From Nannocystales bacterium (GTDB lineage: Bacteria; Myxococcota_A; Polyangia; Nannocystales; Nannocystaceae), in assembly GCA_050633305.1 (NCBI GenBank), contig JBOEGF010000015.1:32001-96000 (forward strand): a stretch of DNA of 64,000 nt, written 5' to 3'. Shown piece after piece: positions 30,541 to 39,562 of this stretch. The notes under the pieces were generated by a model that saw only the letters and a program-made list of their open reading frames with translations, was not told the origin of the DNA and ran no database searches. Both the position numbers and the translations under genes were made by a program. Positions within the stretch are counted from its first letter, which is position 1, and each line of letters starts with the position of its first letter.

Positions 30541-31152
30541 CTACTCGGGAGGCCAACCCGGCAGCTGGCTGTACGAGGCACCGGGCTCCACCCGTTCGCC
30601 TGCATCGTTCGCAGACAGCTCGCCCGGACGCACACGGAGCTCCGCGCGGCCAACGTGTGTCCGTTTTGCGTGCAGCCACTTGTTGCGCTCGGAGACCCAA
30701 GCCTCGACCGCCTCTCGAACCTCGCTGGGAATCGGGCGGTTGTCCACGATGTTGGCCATCGAAGCGCCCTGCTGCCATCGAATGACCATCACCGCGCTCG
30801 CTGGCGCTCCGGGCAACGACGACGGATCCGGGGGTGGCTCGGGCGGTGTTTGACCCATCCGTCCTGCGAGGCCTCTAGGGGCGCTCTCCCGTTCGTCCGC
30901 CTCCCGCATCTGAGCCAGCAGGGTCTCCCTCGCCTGCTCTCTCCCGGCGAGTTCCTCCGCGTCGAGGGGACGGGTCGCATCCCGGAGCTCGCGGAAGGCC
31001 GCCTCACCGACAGCTTTGGGGTCGACGACACCGAGCACCTCGACCATCTCGGGCCTCTGTGCCACCCAGGTCTTTGCATCCTCGAGCGATTCGAACTCGG
31101 CGATCAACGACTCTTGCGTGTCGATGCGTTTGATTTTGAGCCCCACCGTCAT
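30541..31152 (-). CDS. Hypothetical protein
   Basis: Codon-plausible ORF downstream of the aminotransferase; no recognised motif. Confidence 0.65.
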   Translation of the reverse strand: MTVGLKIKRIDTQESLIAEFESLEDAKTWVAQRPEMVEVLGVVDPKAVGEAAFRELRDATRPLDAEELAGREQARETLLAQMREADERESAPRGLAGRMGQTPPEPPPDPSSLPGAPASAVMVIRWQQGASMANIVDNRPIPSEVREAVEAWVSERNKWLHAKRTHVGRAELRVRPGELSANDAGERVEPGASYSQLPGWPPE

Positions 31153-31221
31153 GCCCCGATTATCGCCCCGGGACGTCATCCCGTTCCCGGCAAGACTTGC
31201 CGGGAGCGGGCCGGCCGGGTC

Positions 31222-32454
31222 TCAAGTCACCGAAGCGACGGCCTTGCCCAACTTGTCCCAAGCCTCGGCGAGGATGTCTTCCCCCGCCCAGTACGGGAAC
31301 AGCCAGCGCAATGCGATGCCGCCGCTGGCGGTGACCAGCAGTCCCTGCTCTGCAGTGGCGCCGACCAACTTCGAGACCAGCTCCGGGTCGCCGAAGTCCA
31401 TGCCCAGCATCGAGCCCAGGCCCCTGACCTCGCGCACGGCTGAGATCGGCTTCGCTGCGGCGATCGCCTGCAGGGTCGCCAGCTGGGCGCCCGCCCGCGC
31501 GAACAGATCGTCGTCCCGCATGATGTCGAGCGTTTCCATGGCCGCCCGACACGCCAAAGGGTTTCCGCCGAAGGTGCTGCCATGCGTGCCGGGAACCATA
31601 TGGGCCGCGATGTCCCCTCGGGCCACGATCGCCGAGATGGGGAAACCGCCGCCGAGTGCCTTCGCCCACCAGATGATGTCCGGGTACAACTCGGGGTCGT
31701 CACCAACCAGCGTGGTCCAGGCCGAGAAGTCCCCGGTCCGTCCGCTACCAGCTTGGATTTCGTCCAGTCCCAGCAGTGCCCCGTGCTGACGACACAGCCC
31801 GTGAAGTCCGACCAGGAAGTCGCGCTTGGCGGGGTTGATGCCGCCCTCCCCTTGCACAGGCTCCAAGCAGACCATCGCAACGCGGCCCTCATACTGCTCC
31901 AACAGCTTGGCCGTGGCCTCGAGGTCACCGAAGGGAGCCCGCACCACATTCATGTGGGCGAAGCGCTTGCCGTCGTCCTCGGGCGTGGTGAGGAACCCGT
32001 CGCGATACTTCGGGTTGGCGGTCAAGGATAGGGAACCCAAGGAGCGGCCGTGGAACGCCTTTTCGAAACCGATGATCACATCGCGACCCGTGGCCTTGAG
32101 CGCGACCTTGATGCTCGCCTCGGTGACTTCGGTGCCCGTGTTGCCGAAGAAGATCCGGCCGTCGGCCACCGGTGCCATGTCGAGGATCCGTCTGGCGAGG
32201 GCGGTGTTGACCTCGGTCCAAAATGGCCCCGCGGCGCTTACCAGGGTATTCATCTGCTCGGTGAGGGCCGCGACCCACCGCTTCGAGCTGTGTCCCAACG
32301 GGAGGCAACCGATGCCACCCACCGCATCGAGGTAGACCTTGCCGTCCTTCGCCTTCACCCGAACCCCGCCACGGTTGGGGTCGTCGTTCTCGTAGACGAC
32401 CTGCTCGAGGGTGATGTTGCGAGGGCGGTAGGTTGGCCAGCGCCAGTCCTGCAT
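31222..32454 (-). CDS. argD: Class III PLP aminotransferase (acetylornithine aminotransferase-like)
   Basis: GTEVTEASIK, FHGRS, EPVQGEGG, DEIQAG, AKALGGG, HGSTFGGNPLAC. Confidence 0.8.
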   Translation of the reverse strand: MQDWRWPTYRPRNITLEQVVYENDDPNRGGVRVKAKDGKVYLDAVGGIGCLPLGHSSKRWVAALTEQMNTLVSAAGPFWTEVNTALARRILDMAPVADGRIFFGNTGTEVTEASIKVALKATGRDVIIGFEKAFHGRSLGSLSLTANPKYRDGFLTTPEDDGKRFAHMNVVRAPFGDLEATAKLLEQYEGRVAMVCLEPVQGEGGINPAKRDFLVGLHGLCRQHGALLGLDEIQAGSGRTGDFSAWTTLVGDDPELYPDIIWWAKALGGGFPISAIVARGDIAAHMVPGTHGSTFGGNPLACRAAMETLDIMRDDDLFARAGAQLATLQAIAAAKPISAVREVRGLGSMLGMDFGDPELVSKLVGATAEQGLLVTASGGIALRWLFPYWAGEDILAEAWDKLGKAVASVT

Positions 32455-32478
32455 GGCTGGCAGTGTAGCGGGATTTCG

Positions 32479-33651
32479 CTAGAACCGGACTCGAACGCCA
32501 CCGGGTGTTGGGGTCACCCTGGTGACACTGGCTCTTGCCCCTTTGCCTTTCGCCCCAGTGAAGGCGAACAGGCCGAGCACAACCGTGGTGATGCCCAGGC
32601 CGGCCGTCACGCCCACGAGCGCATTGGTCACGGGGCGGAGCTGTTCCACGCGCTCACGGTCTTCCATCGGATAGACGGTGCCGGTGCAGTTGACGCCCTC
32701 GCCACGACAGCGGTCCTTCTGATCCCGGTACGCACGCCACGTCAGCCCACCGACGATCCCGGTCGCAACTCCGGCCACCGCGGTCACGCCCACGCCGCTG
32801 TAGAACGCGACCCTCAGTCGCCGCCTGCGCTCCTCCTCGGTCAGCCGATTGGACGGACGCGACGGTGGGCCCGGGTCGACGACCTCGCTCGACGGCGGCT
32901 TGTCGGAGACACCGAAGTCGACGATCAGCAGGGAGAAGACCTGCCCCGCCTCGACGTCGATCTCTCGGATGCGGACCTCGCTGGGCGCATAACCCCGCTC
33001 GCGAATCTCGTAGTGCCCCGGTGCGAGGATGATCGGAAAATCCTCGACGGGAATGATTCGATCGCCGATCTCGATGCCGAGCAACTCGACTCCGTCGTCG
33101 ACGTCGATCGACAGCTCCGCGACCTTGGCACGAAGCTTGGCCTCGCTCTCGGTAACCTCGCTGCGGTGACCAGCGCAGTGAAGCTCCGGAGCAGGGCAGT
33201 CCGGCAGGTCGAGGTAGCGCCGATACGCCTCCAACGCCTGCACGAGGTCGCCGCCCTTCTCGTAGGACAGACCCGCGGCGTAGAGCGAGCGCCCCGTTGG
33301 AACGGCGGCATACGACCGACGGAACATCGCGGCCGCGTCGAGATAGCGACGTTGCAAGAAAAGCTCCTTGCCCTCGACGTAGCGGTCGTGCGCCTCTTCG
33401 TACAAAGCGTCATCGAGGCTCGGCGTCGGCTCGGGCTCCACGTCGGCTGCCGCGGCGTCCGTCTCGGGCACGGCTGGAACCTCGCTCGACCCCTCGCTCG
33501 ACCCCTCGCTCGCAGGGTCGCCCGACCCCTCGCTCGTGGCCGTCTGCTCGGGAGCCGTTGCACCCGCCTCATCGGGCGACGGGAGCACACCCGGCGCGTA
33601 GCCCAGGGCGACAGAAACGCTCAGGGCTACCGCCGACATCCAAACGCTCAC
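32479..33651 (-). CDS. Myxobacterial TPR/PEGA-like exported protein
   Basis: Signal peptide, TPR (ALEAYRRYL), PEGA-like strand, Gly-rich hydrophobic helices, C-terminal RF; 4-bp overlap with the kinase. Confidence 0.75.
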   Translation of the reverse strand: MSVWMSAVALSVSVALGYAPGVLPSPDEAGATAPEQTATSEGSGDPASEGSSEGSSEVPAVPETDAAAADVEPEPTPSLDDALYEEAHDRYVEGKELFLQRRYLDAAAMFRRSYAAVPTGRSLYAAGLSYEKGGDLVQALEAYRRYLDLPDCPAPELHCAGHRSEVTESEAKLRAKVAELSIDVDDGVELLGIEIGDRIIPVEDFPIILAPGHYEIRERGYAPSEVRIREIDVEAGQVFSLLIVDFGVSDKPPSSEVVDPGPPSRPSNRLTEEERRRRLRVAFYSGVGVTAVAGVATGIVGGLTWRAYRDQKDRCRGEGVNCTGTVYPMEDRERVEQLRPVTNALVGVTAGLGITTVVLGLFAFTGAKGKGARASVTRVTPTPGGVRVRF

Positions 33652-35513
33652 TTCGGCTTCTTCCTTTTGAGGAAGTCAGGCACGTCCTCAGGTCGCCGAG
33701 TGTCCCCGGCTGCAGGCGGCGGCGAAGACGTCGGGGCCGTGTCGGGTTTCGCTCGCAGTTTCTTCGGACGCTTGTGCCGCTTCTTGGGCGGCGTCACGGG
33801 AGCTGCAGGCTCGGCCGGCTTCTCCCCCCCGGGCCCGTCGAACGAGCGGGCACGGAAGGTGGTCTTGTACGCGGGCTCCAGACGGAGCGCGTGGTTCTCA
33901 GAACTCAACGGCGCCATCTCGGCGACGTAGGCCTTGTAGCCGGCAAGCTCCGCTTTCACCTCGATGCGCTCGTCGCTCGCGGGCAGCTGCACCGACGTGG
34001 GCGTGGTCTTCTCGAGCGTCTTGCCATCGATGGTCACCGTCGCCCCCTGGGGATCGGTGTTGATCCACCACGTGACCATCTTCGGTCCCGCCGGTTCGAC
34101 AACTGTGGCCGGCTCGCGCACCACCGGCCGGGAGCTGTCCGCCTCGGACCCCGAGAGTGCTCGGACGGCCAGGGTTCCGAGGACCGCGCCGGCAAGCGGA
34201 AGAATGAGCCACAGGGCCCACGAGCGGGCGGGCGCGGTGACGACGGACGATGTAAGAGTCCCGGTGCGCCCAATCGCCACGCTAGAGGGCGTCAGCGAGC
34301 GCGCACGAGAGACCCCGGTCTTGCTGTCATTGGCCGCGCGGTGCTTGCGATTGCTTCCCTCACGGTCGTCAACCTGGCCGCGGATCGCTGCCTGGATGTA
34401 GCGCATCCGACTCGCGAAGAATCCCTTCATGACCCCGGAAAGGGCTTCGCGTGGGTCTTCCTGATCGGCGTCGAGCAGCTGGCGGAGCGCTGCTCGAAGG
34501 TCTTTGAGCATGTCGTCCGCGGTCTCGTACCGATCGGTACGCGATTCTGCCAGCGCCTTGTCGAGCACCGCGACAACCCCGGGCGGGAGGTCGTCACGGT
34601 AGTCGGCAATATCCTGCCGGCGTCCAAGGCTGACCTGAGCGAGAATCTCGGACTCGGTCTCACCGCGGTAGAAGCGTGCGCCCGCGAGCAGCTCCCACAG
34701 GATGACGCCCATCGCGTAGATGTCACTGCGCCGGTCGACAGGCTCACCCCGAGCCTGCTCGGGCGACATGTACGTCAGCTTTCCGCGCAGCTGGCCAGTC
34801 AGCGTGTTGCTGCGCTTGCCCGCGGCTTTCATGATGCCGAAGTCGACGACCTTGACCCGGCCGTCCATCGTAACGAGCAGGTTGTGCGGGGACACGTCGC
34901 GGTGGACGAGGTTCAACGGTGTCCCGTCGGTGTCCTCGAGCGCATGGGCGGCGCCCAGGCCCCGGCATGCGTCAGCGGTGATCTGCAACGCGCACGGCAC
35001 AGGCAGGCTGTCGTCGCGCTTTCCGAGCTGACGAATCAACGACGAAAGCGTTTCGCCCTCGACGTACTCCATCACCATGAAGAACAGCCCGTCGTCTTCG
35101 CCGAGGTCCAACGTCTCGCAGACGTTGGGGTGGTGGATCTTCGCTGCGATGCGGGCCTCGTCGAGGAACATCTCGACGAACTCGGATTCGTTCGCGAGGT
35201 GAGGATGAATCACCTTGACCGCGACCAGACGCTCGAAACCGGCGGTACCGATCGCGCGCCCAAGATACACGGACGCCATCCCACCGTGACCCAACCGATG
35301 AATGAGCTCGTAGCGACCGACCAAGACGCGGCCGGGCTCCACTTCGGCCACTTTGTCCATGGGCCGCACCGGCCCCACTTCGGGACTGCGATCGGGCTTT
35401 CGCTCGAGGTTGGACGTCGCCTCGACCGCGTCACTCACGGCCGGCGGCAATGGGTCTCCACCCGAAGCCTCCGGCTCCCGGTCGACGACCTTCGTGACAT
35501 CCTCAGCCTGCAT
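33648..35513 (-). CDS. Membrane Ser/Thr protein kinase with PEGA domain
   Basis: LGHGGMASV, VHRDVSPHN, DFG, GKLTYMSPE, a TM segment, then PEGA (TDPQGATVTIDG). Confidence 0.93.
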   Translation of the reverse strand: MQAEDVTKVVDREPEASGGDPLPPAVSDAVEATSNLERKPDRSPEVGPVRPMDKVAEVEPGRVLVGRYELIHRLGHGGMASVYLGRAIGTAGFERLVAVKVIHPHLANESEFVEMFLDEARIAAKIHHPNVCETLDLGEDDGLFFMVMEYVEGETLSSLIRQLGKRDDSLPVPCALQITADACRGLGAAHALEDTDGTPLNLVHRDVSPHNLLVTMDGRVKVVDFGIMKAAGKRSNTLTGQLRGKLTYMSPEQARGEPVDRRSDIYAMGVILWELLAGARFYRGETESEILAQVSLGRRQDIADYRDDLPPGVVAVLDKALAESRTDRYETADDMLKDLRAALRQLLDADQEDPREALSGVMKGFFASRMRYIQAAIRGQVDDREGSNRKHRAANDSKTGVSRARSLTPSSVAIGRTGTLTSSVVTAPARSWALWLILPLAGAVLGTLAVRALSGSEADSSRPVVREPATVVEPAGPKMVTWWINTDPQGATVTIDGKTLEKTTPTSVQLPASDERIEVKAELAGYKAYVAEMAPLSSENHALRLEPAYKTTFRARSFDGPGGEKPAEPAAPVTPPKKRHKRPKKLRAKPDTAPTSSPPPAAGDTRRPEDVPDFLKRKKPK

Positions 35514-35965
35514 TACGAACCATTCGCAGCAGGGTCTCAACGCACGAGACCCTCAGCGGCGCCATCTCACCATACGGCAGTTGTTCCTCACAATCATTTC
35601 GCCCGAATTCGCCTGCGAATCGCTCCAGATCGGCTTCGGCAGCGATGGGAGACTTGCCACCCTGACGAGCTTGGCGCCAGCCCGACAAACGGCCTGGTCA
35701 GTGCTGGGCTCCGATCGGCTGCGGTCACTTTTTTCGGAGGCAATTCCACCCGCGGATTGCGCGTTTCCGGGCTCGGGCATGCGTGCTTCCGCTCACAGAC
35801 GCGCAATGCGCGAGCGGGATCTCCCCGGAGGAGATCTCGGAGATCTTCTCGCCCCTCCTCGATATAGCCCAAGGACCACAAATCCCAGACGCTGATTCAC
35901 AATGGAGATCTCACAGAAAGAAATCCGAGAATCATCAATGGTTTCGATCGTGTAGGTCGAACTGT

Positions 35966-36013
35966 CCACAGCATGTGGTAGCGGCGCGTGTTCCGCACCA
36001 CCAGATGTTGTGG
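35966..36013. promoter_or_regulatory. Tandem NrdR-box-like palindromes
   Basis: CCACAGCATGTGGTAG (35966-81) and CCACCAGATGTTGTGG (35998-36013) start 32 bp apart and resemble the consensus acaCwAtATaTwGtgt. Confidence 0.6.
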
Positions 36014-36021
36014 AATGGGCC

Positions 36022-36050
36022 TTGCGTACACGGTGCTGGTGTTTTAGTTG
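36022..36050 (+). promoter_or_regulatory. Putative sigma70 promoter of the RHH gene
   Basis: TTGCGT-N17-TAGTTG, ending 35 nt upstream of ATG 36086. Confidence 0.4.
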
Positions 36051-36085
36051 CCTAAGTAGCGGCGGACACCGCGAGCGAGACGAAT

Positions 36086-36316
36086 ATGGCGAAGCGACAA
36101 ACCCGGCGAAGCATTTCTGTCAAGGGCATCACCTACCAGCGCCTGAAGAACTACTGCGAGGACCAGAACATGAGCGTGAGCGGCTACCTAGAGTCGATCA
36201 TTGCCGAGCGTCTGGACGCGGCAGCGGTTCCGGTTCCGGAGAAGGTCGAGCCGCGTCCTTCGGCGGCCAAAGAGCCACACCGCGAAGAAATCGTCTCCCA
36301 ACACTTCACGTTCTAG
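36086..36316 (+). CDS. Small ribbon-helix-helix-like DNA-binding protein (76 aa)
   Basis: RRSISVKG beta strand, YQRLKNYCEDQNMSVSGYLESIIAE helix-turn-helix, and GC3-rich codon use. Confidence 0.7.
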   Translation: MAKRQTRRSISVKGITYQRLKNYCEDQNMSVSGYLESIIAERLDAAAVPVPEKVEPRPSAAKEPHREEIVSQHFTF

Positions 36317-36631
36317 ACCCGCGCGCAGGCGCCGGGCCCCCCGTGCGCAGCCGCTCGCAATGAAAGGAGCCGTGTTCGGAGGCTCGCTCGACTCATCGAG
36401 CGGCGGCCTACGAGTGCGGCTTTCGTCGTTTGGAGCGCGAACTTCCGCTCGCGTCGTGCCCGCCCTCGCCCGGGGCGTGGTCCGCCGGCGTCTACGGGCG
36501 GCAATGTTCCGCGGCCGCGACGGGTTCGCGGACGGTCACGAACCGGAGTCGACAAGTCGGCAGACAAGACGCGGCGCGAGGTGTCGCGACGGGCTGCTTG
36601 CGCGACGAGGTCCGTGCTACTCACCGAGACA

Positions 36632-39550
36632 GTGAGCTACGTCGTCCTCGCGAGGAAGCACCGCCCGCTGGTCTTTGACGACATGGTCGGCCAGGAGCAC
36701 GTCGGCCGCACGCTTGGCAACGCGATCCGGCAAGACCGGGTTCACCACGCCTACCTCTTCGCAGGGGCTCGCGGTCTGGGAAAGACAACCACCGCCCGCA
36801 TCTTCGCGAAGGGACTGGTCTGCGAGCAAGGGCCGACCGCGACCCCATGCAACGAGTGCGAGCAGTGCGTCTCGGTCAACGAGGGTCGCTCGGTCGATGT
36901 GATGGAGATCGACGGAGCGAGCAACAACTCGGTCGACAACATTCGCAACCTCCGAGAGCAGGTCCACTACCTGCCCCAGACCGCGCGCCGGAAGGTCTAC
37001 ATCATCGACGAGGTTCACATGCTGACGACCTCAGCGTTCAACGCCTTGCTCAAGACGCTCGAGGAACCGCCGGACCACGTCAACTTCATCTTCGCGACGA
37101 CCGAACCGCAGAAGGTCATTCCAACGATTCTCTCTCGGGTTTCCCGACTCGACTTCCGTCGTGTCTCACCCGAAGAAGCCATCGCGCACCTCGAGAACAT
37201 CCTCGAGAAGGAGGAGCGCTCGGTCGACAAGGGCGGTCTGAGGCTCATTGCGCGGGCGGCCGGCGGCTCGGTCCGCGACTCGCTGACGCTGCTCGACCAG
37301 GTCATCGCTTTCGCCGACGACCCGACCAAGATCACCGAAGAAGAAACTCGGCGAGTCCTCGGACAGGCGGACCGAGCCCGCATCTCGGACCTCGTCGGCG
37401 CAGTCCTCACCCATGACCCCGATGCTGTCATGGCCCAGTTCGACGAGCTGGTCACTGCGGGTCACGACCTCACCGTGCTCAGCCTGCAACTTCTCGAGCA
37501 CATGCGAGATCTGACCCTTGCGGCGGTGTGCAGATCGAACGCGGTCTTCAAGGGGGCGACGGAGGCGGAGGTCGGCACGCTTCGCGAGCAGGCGAAGAAG
37601 GCCGACCCAGTCACGCTCTCCCAGATGTTCGATCGTTTCTCCCGGGTGGTGGACCGCCTCCCGACCTCCCGCGTGCAACGGATGCTGCTGGAGATGGGTC
37701 TGCTCGACCTCGCCCACGACGAGCCCCTGGTGCCCCTAGAGGACATCGTCGCGCGCCTCGAGTCCATGAACGGAAACGGCGGAGGAACCCCGCCCGGCGG
37801 TGGCGGAGGCGGATTCTCGGCGCCTCCAGGCCGCGGGGGCCCGTCGCGCGGGCAGGGCCCCGGACAGGGCCGGCGAGCCGACGGTGCTCCAGCCCAGCCA
37901 GCTTCATTCTCCGCCCCGGCGGCCCCGTCCGCCCCTGCTCCGGCAGCGCCCCCCGCTGCGGAGGCGCCCGCGTTCACGCCGACCTCTATTCCGGACTTTG
38001 GCGCTCGAGCCCAGGCACAAGCCCAAGCCGCCCCGGCTCCCGTTCAAGCCGCGCCCGTTCAAGCTGCGCCCGTTCAAGCTGCGCCCGTTCAAGCTGCGCC
38101 GGCTCCCGTTCAAGCTGCGCCGGCTCCCGTTCAAGCTGCTCCGACTCCCGTTCAAGCCGCTCCGACTCCCGTTCAAGCCGCTCCGACTCCAGAGCCGGCT
38201 CCCGCTCCAGCACCAGCTGCGCCAGCACCGAGCCCGGTAACGCTCAGCCCCGAAGCGACGCCTGCTCCCGCGCCCGCAACCTCGTCCCGGGAGGGTCTCG
38301 CCTTTACGCCGACCTCTGTACCGGACTTCAACGCCGAGCCCGAGCCGCCCGCCGAACCGGCGCCCGAACCCACTCCGACCGAACCCGCCCCTGCGCTGGC
38401 CCCCGCGCCCGAGCCCCTCGCTTTTACGCCGACCTCTGTGCCGGACTTCAGCGCGACCGAGCCACCCGCGGCACCCGAGGATTCCCCCCAGGCCGATTCG
38501 GCGCCCGTCCCAACTCCCTCGTCCGAACCCGCGCCCGCGACTCCTCCCGCGGCCGAACCGCTCGCATTCACGCCGACTTCCGTACCGGACTTTAGCGCCC
38601 AAGCCGACGCGCCCGACGAATCGACCCCGGAAGCGGCCGCGCCCACCGTGCCTGCGTCCCCCACGACCACTGAGGTCGAGGTCCCGCCCCCGGCTCCGGC
38701 CGCACCCGAGCCTCTCGCGTTCACGCCGACTTCCGTACCGGACTTCAGCGCCCAAACCGAGGCGGCCGAAGAGTCCTCACCGACCCCCGCGCAGGAAACC
38801 GAGACGGGCACGACCCCGTCTTCGGACCCCGCGGGTGAGCCCTCCGGCGAATCACCTCAGACCGCCCCCCCGGCTCTCGGATTCGCCGCCCCATCGCCGG
38901 CCGTAGCCGACGAGAAACCGCCAGGGCAGGCACCGGGCGACACCGAGCTGATGAAGGGCTTGTGGGACCTCGCCAAACACGCGGTCGAACCCCCCAGCCC
39001 ACAGCGCCCCCCGCACGAGCCACCTCGGGCAGGCTCCCCCTCCGGTGCGCCGACCAACCCCGCGGCCCAAGGCTCCGGCGAAGCCTCGCGCTGCGGCCCC
39101 TGCTCCGAGCCACCGCCCAACCCCAACGCAATCGACCTCGAGCTCACGCCGGCGTTTGCTGCGTGGGAAGAGTTGGTCAGCCGGGTGCGCGAGCGCGAAG
39201 AGTTCGTTTCCGCGGTGCTCTCTCAGGTCGGCCTCGTTTCGTTCGAAGGAGGCTGCGTCGAGATCTGTGCCAAGAAAGGCAGCTTCCCGCACATCGAGCT
39301 CACCTCGAGCGCCTCGATTCGCTCGACGCTCGAGCAGGCGGCCCGCGATCACATCGGCAAGCCCTTCACCCTCAAGCTGGTCGACGACGAGCCTGACCTC
39401 GAAGGACACCCGAGCATCGTGTTGGTCAACGCCTACCGCAAGGAACAGAAGCAGGCCGAAGTCGAAGCGGCAGCTCTGGGTCACGGCGCCATTCAAAACG
39501 TGCTCAGCACGTTCAACGCCACGCTGATGGCGACCAAGCCGCTGGAGTAG
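36632..39550 (+). CDS. dnaX: DNA polymerase III subunit gamma/tau
   Basis: SYVVLARKHRP, GARGLGKTT, CNECEQC, EIDGAS, IIDEVHML, NALLKTLEEPP, then a very long Pro/Ala linker and a C-terminal domain. Confidence 0.96.
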   Translation: MSYVVLARKHRPLVFDDMVGQEHVGRTLGNAIRQDRVHHAYLFAGARGLGKTTTARIFAKGLVCEQGPTATPCNECEQCVSVNEGRSVDVMEIDGASNNSVDNIRNLREQVHYLPQTARRKVYIIDEVHMLTTSAFNALLKTLEEPPDHVNFIFATTEPQKVIPTILSRVSRLDFRRVSPEEAIAHLENILEKEERSVDKGGLRLIARAAGGSVRDSLTLLDQVIAFADDPTKITEEETRRVLGQADRARISDLVGAVLTHDPDAVMAQFDELVTAGHDLTVLSLQLLEHMRDLTLAAVCRSNAVFKGATEAEVGTLREQAKKADPVTLSQMFDRFSRVVDRLPTSRVQRMLLEMGLLDLAHDEPLVPLEDIVARLESMNGNGGGTPPGGGGGGFSAPPGRGGPSRGQGPGQGRRADGAPAQPASFSAPAAPSAPAPAAPPAAEAPAFTPTSIPDFGARAQAQAQAAPAPVQAAPVQAAPVQAAPVQAAPAPVQAAPAPVQAAPTPVQAAPTPVQAAPTPEPAPAPAPAAPAPSPVTLSPEATPAPAPATSSREGLAFTPTSVPDFNAEPEPPAEPAPEPTPTEPAPALAPAPEPLAFTPTSVPDFSATEPPAAPEDSPQADSAPVPTPSSEPAPATPPAAEPLAFTPTSVPDFSAQADAPDESTPEAAAPTVPASPTTTEVEVPPPAPAAPEPLAFTPTSVPDFSAQTEAAEESSPTPAQETETGTTPSSDPAGEPSGESPQTAPPALGFAAPSPAVADEKPPGQAPGDTELMKGLWDLAKHAVEPPSPQRPPHEPPRAGSPSGAPTNPAAQGSGEASRCGPCSEPPPNPNAIDLELTPAFAAWEELVSRVREREEFVSAVLSQVGLVSFEGGCVEICAKKGSFPHIELTSSASIRSTLEQAARDHIGKPFTLKLVDDEPDLEGHPSIVLVNAYRKEQKQAEVEAAALGHGAIQNVLSTFNATLMATKPLE
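38030..38190 (+). repeat. Intragenic 15/21-bp tandem repeat encoding (AP/PT)PVQAA units
   Basis: CCCGTTCAAGC recurs 8 times. Confidence 0.85.
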
Positions 39551-39562
39551 GACGGCCGCGCA

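Noticed and set aside
33648..33690. Kinase C-terminus EDVPDFLKRK resembles the FtsZ C-terminal peptide D[IV]PxFL[RK]
   Set aside because: It lies after the TM and PEGA domain, so it is predicted periplasmic and cannot reach FtsZ-tail binders; likely coincidence.
32050..35867. Long plus-strand ORFs (626 and 856 aa)
   Set aside because: They are antisense shadows of argD, the PEGA gene and the kinase, typical of high-GC DNA.
35800..36020. Possible oriC (GATC cluster, CTGTCCACA DnaA-box-like 9-mer)
   Set aside because: Only one passable DnaA box, no AT-rich unwinding element and no dnaA/dnaN nearby; the paired palindromes fit NrdR boxes better.
36317..36631. SRP RNA (ffs), often found upstream of dnaX
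   Set aside because: No CAGGTCCGGAAGGAAGCAG-like core on either strand.
37740..39200. Programmed frameshift producing DnaX gamma
   Set aside because: No A-run slippery sequence (A AAA AAG or A9) is visible.
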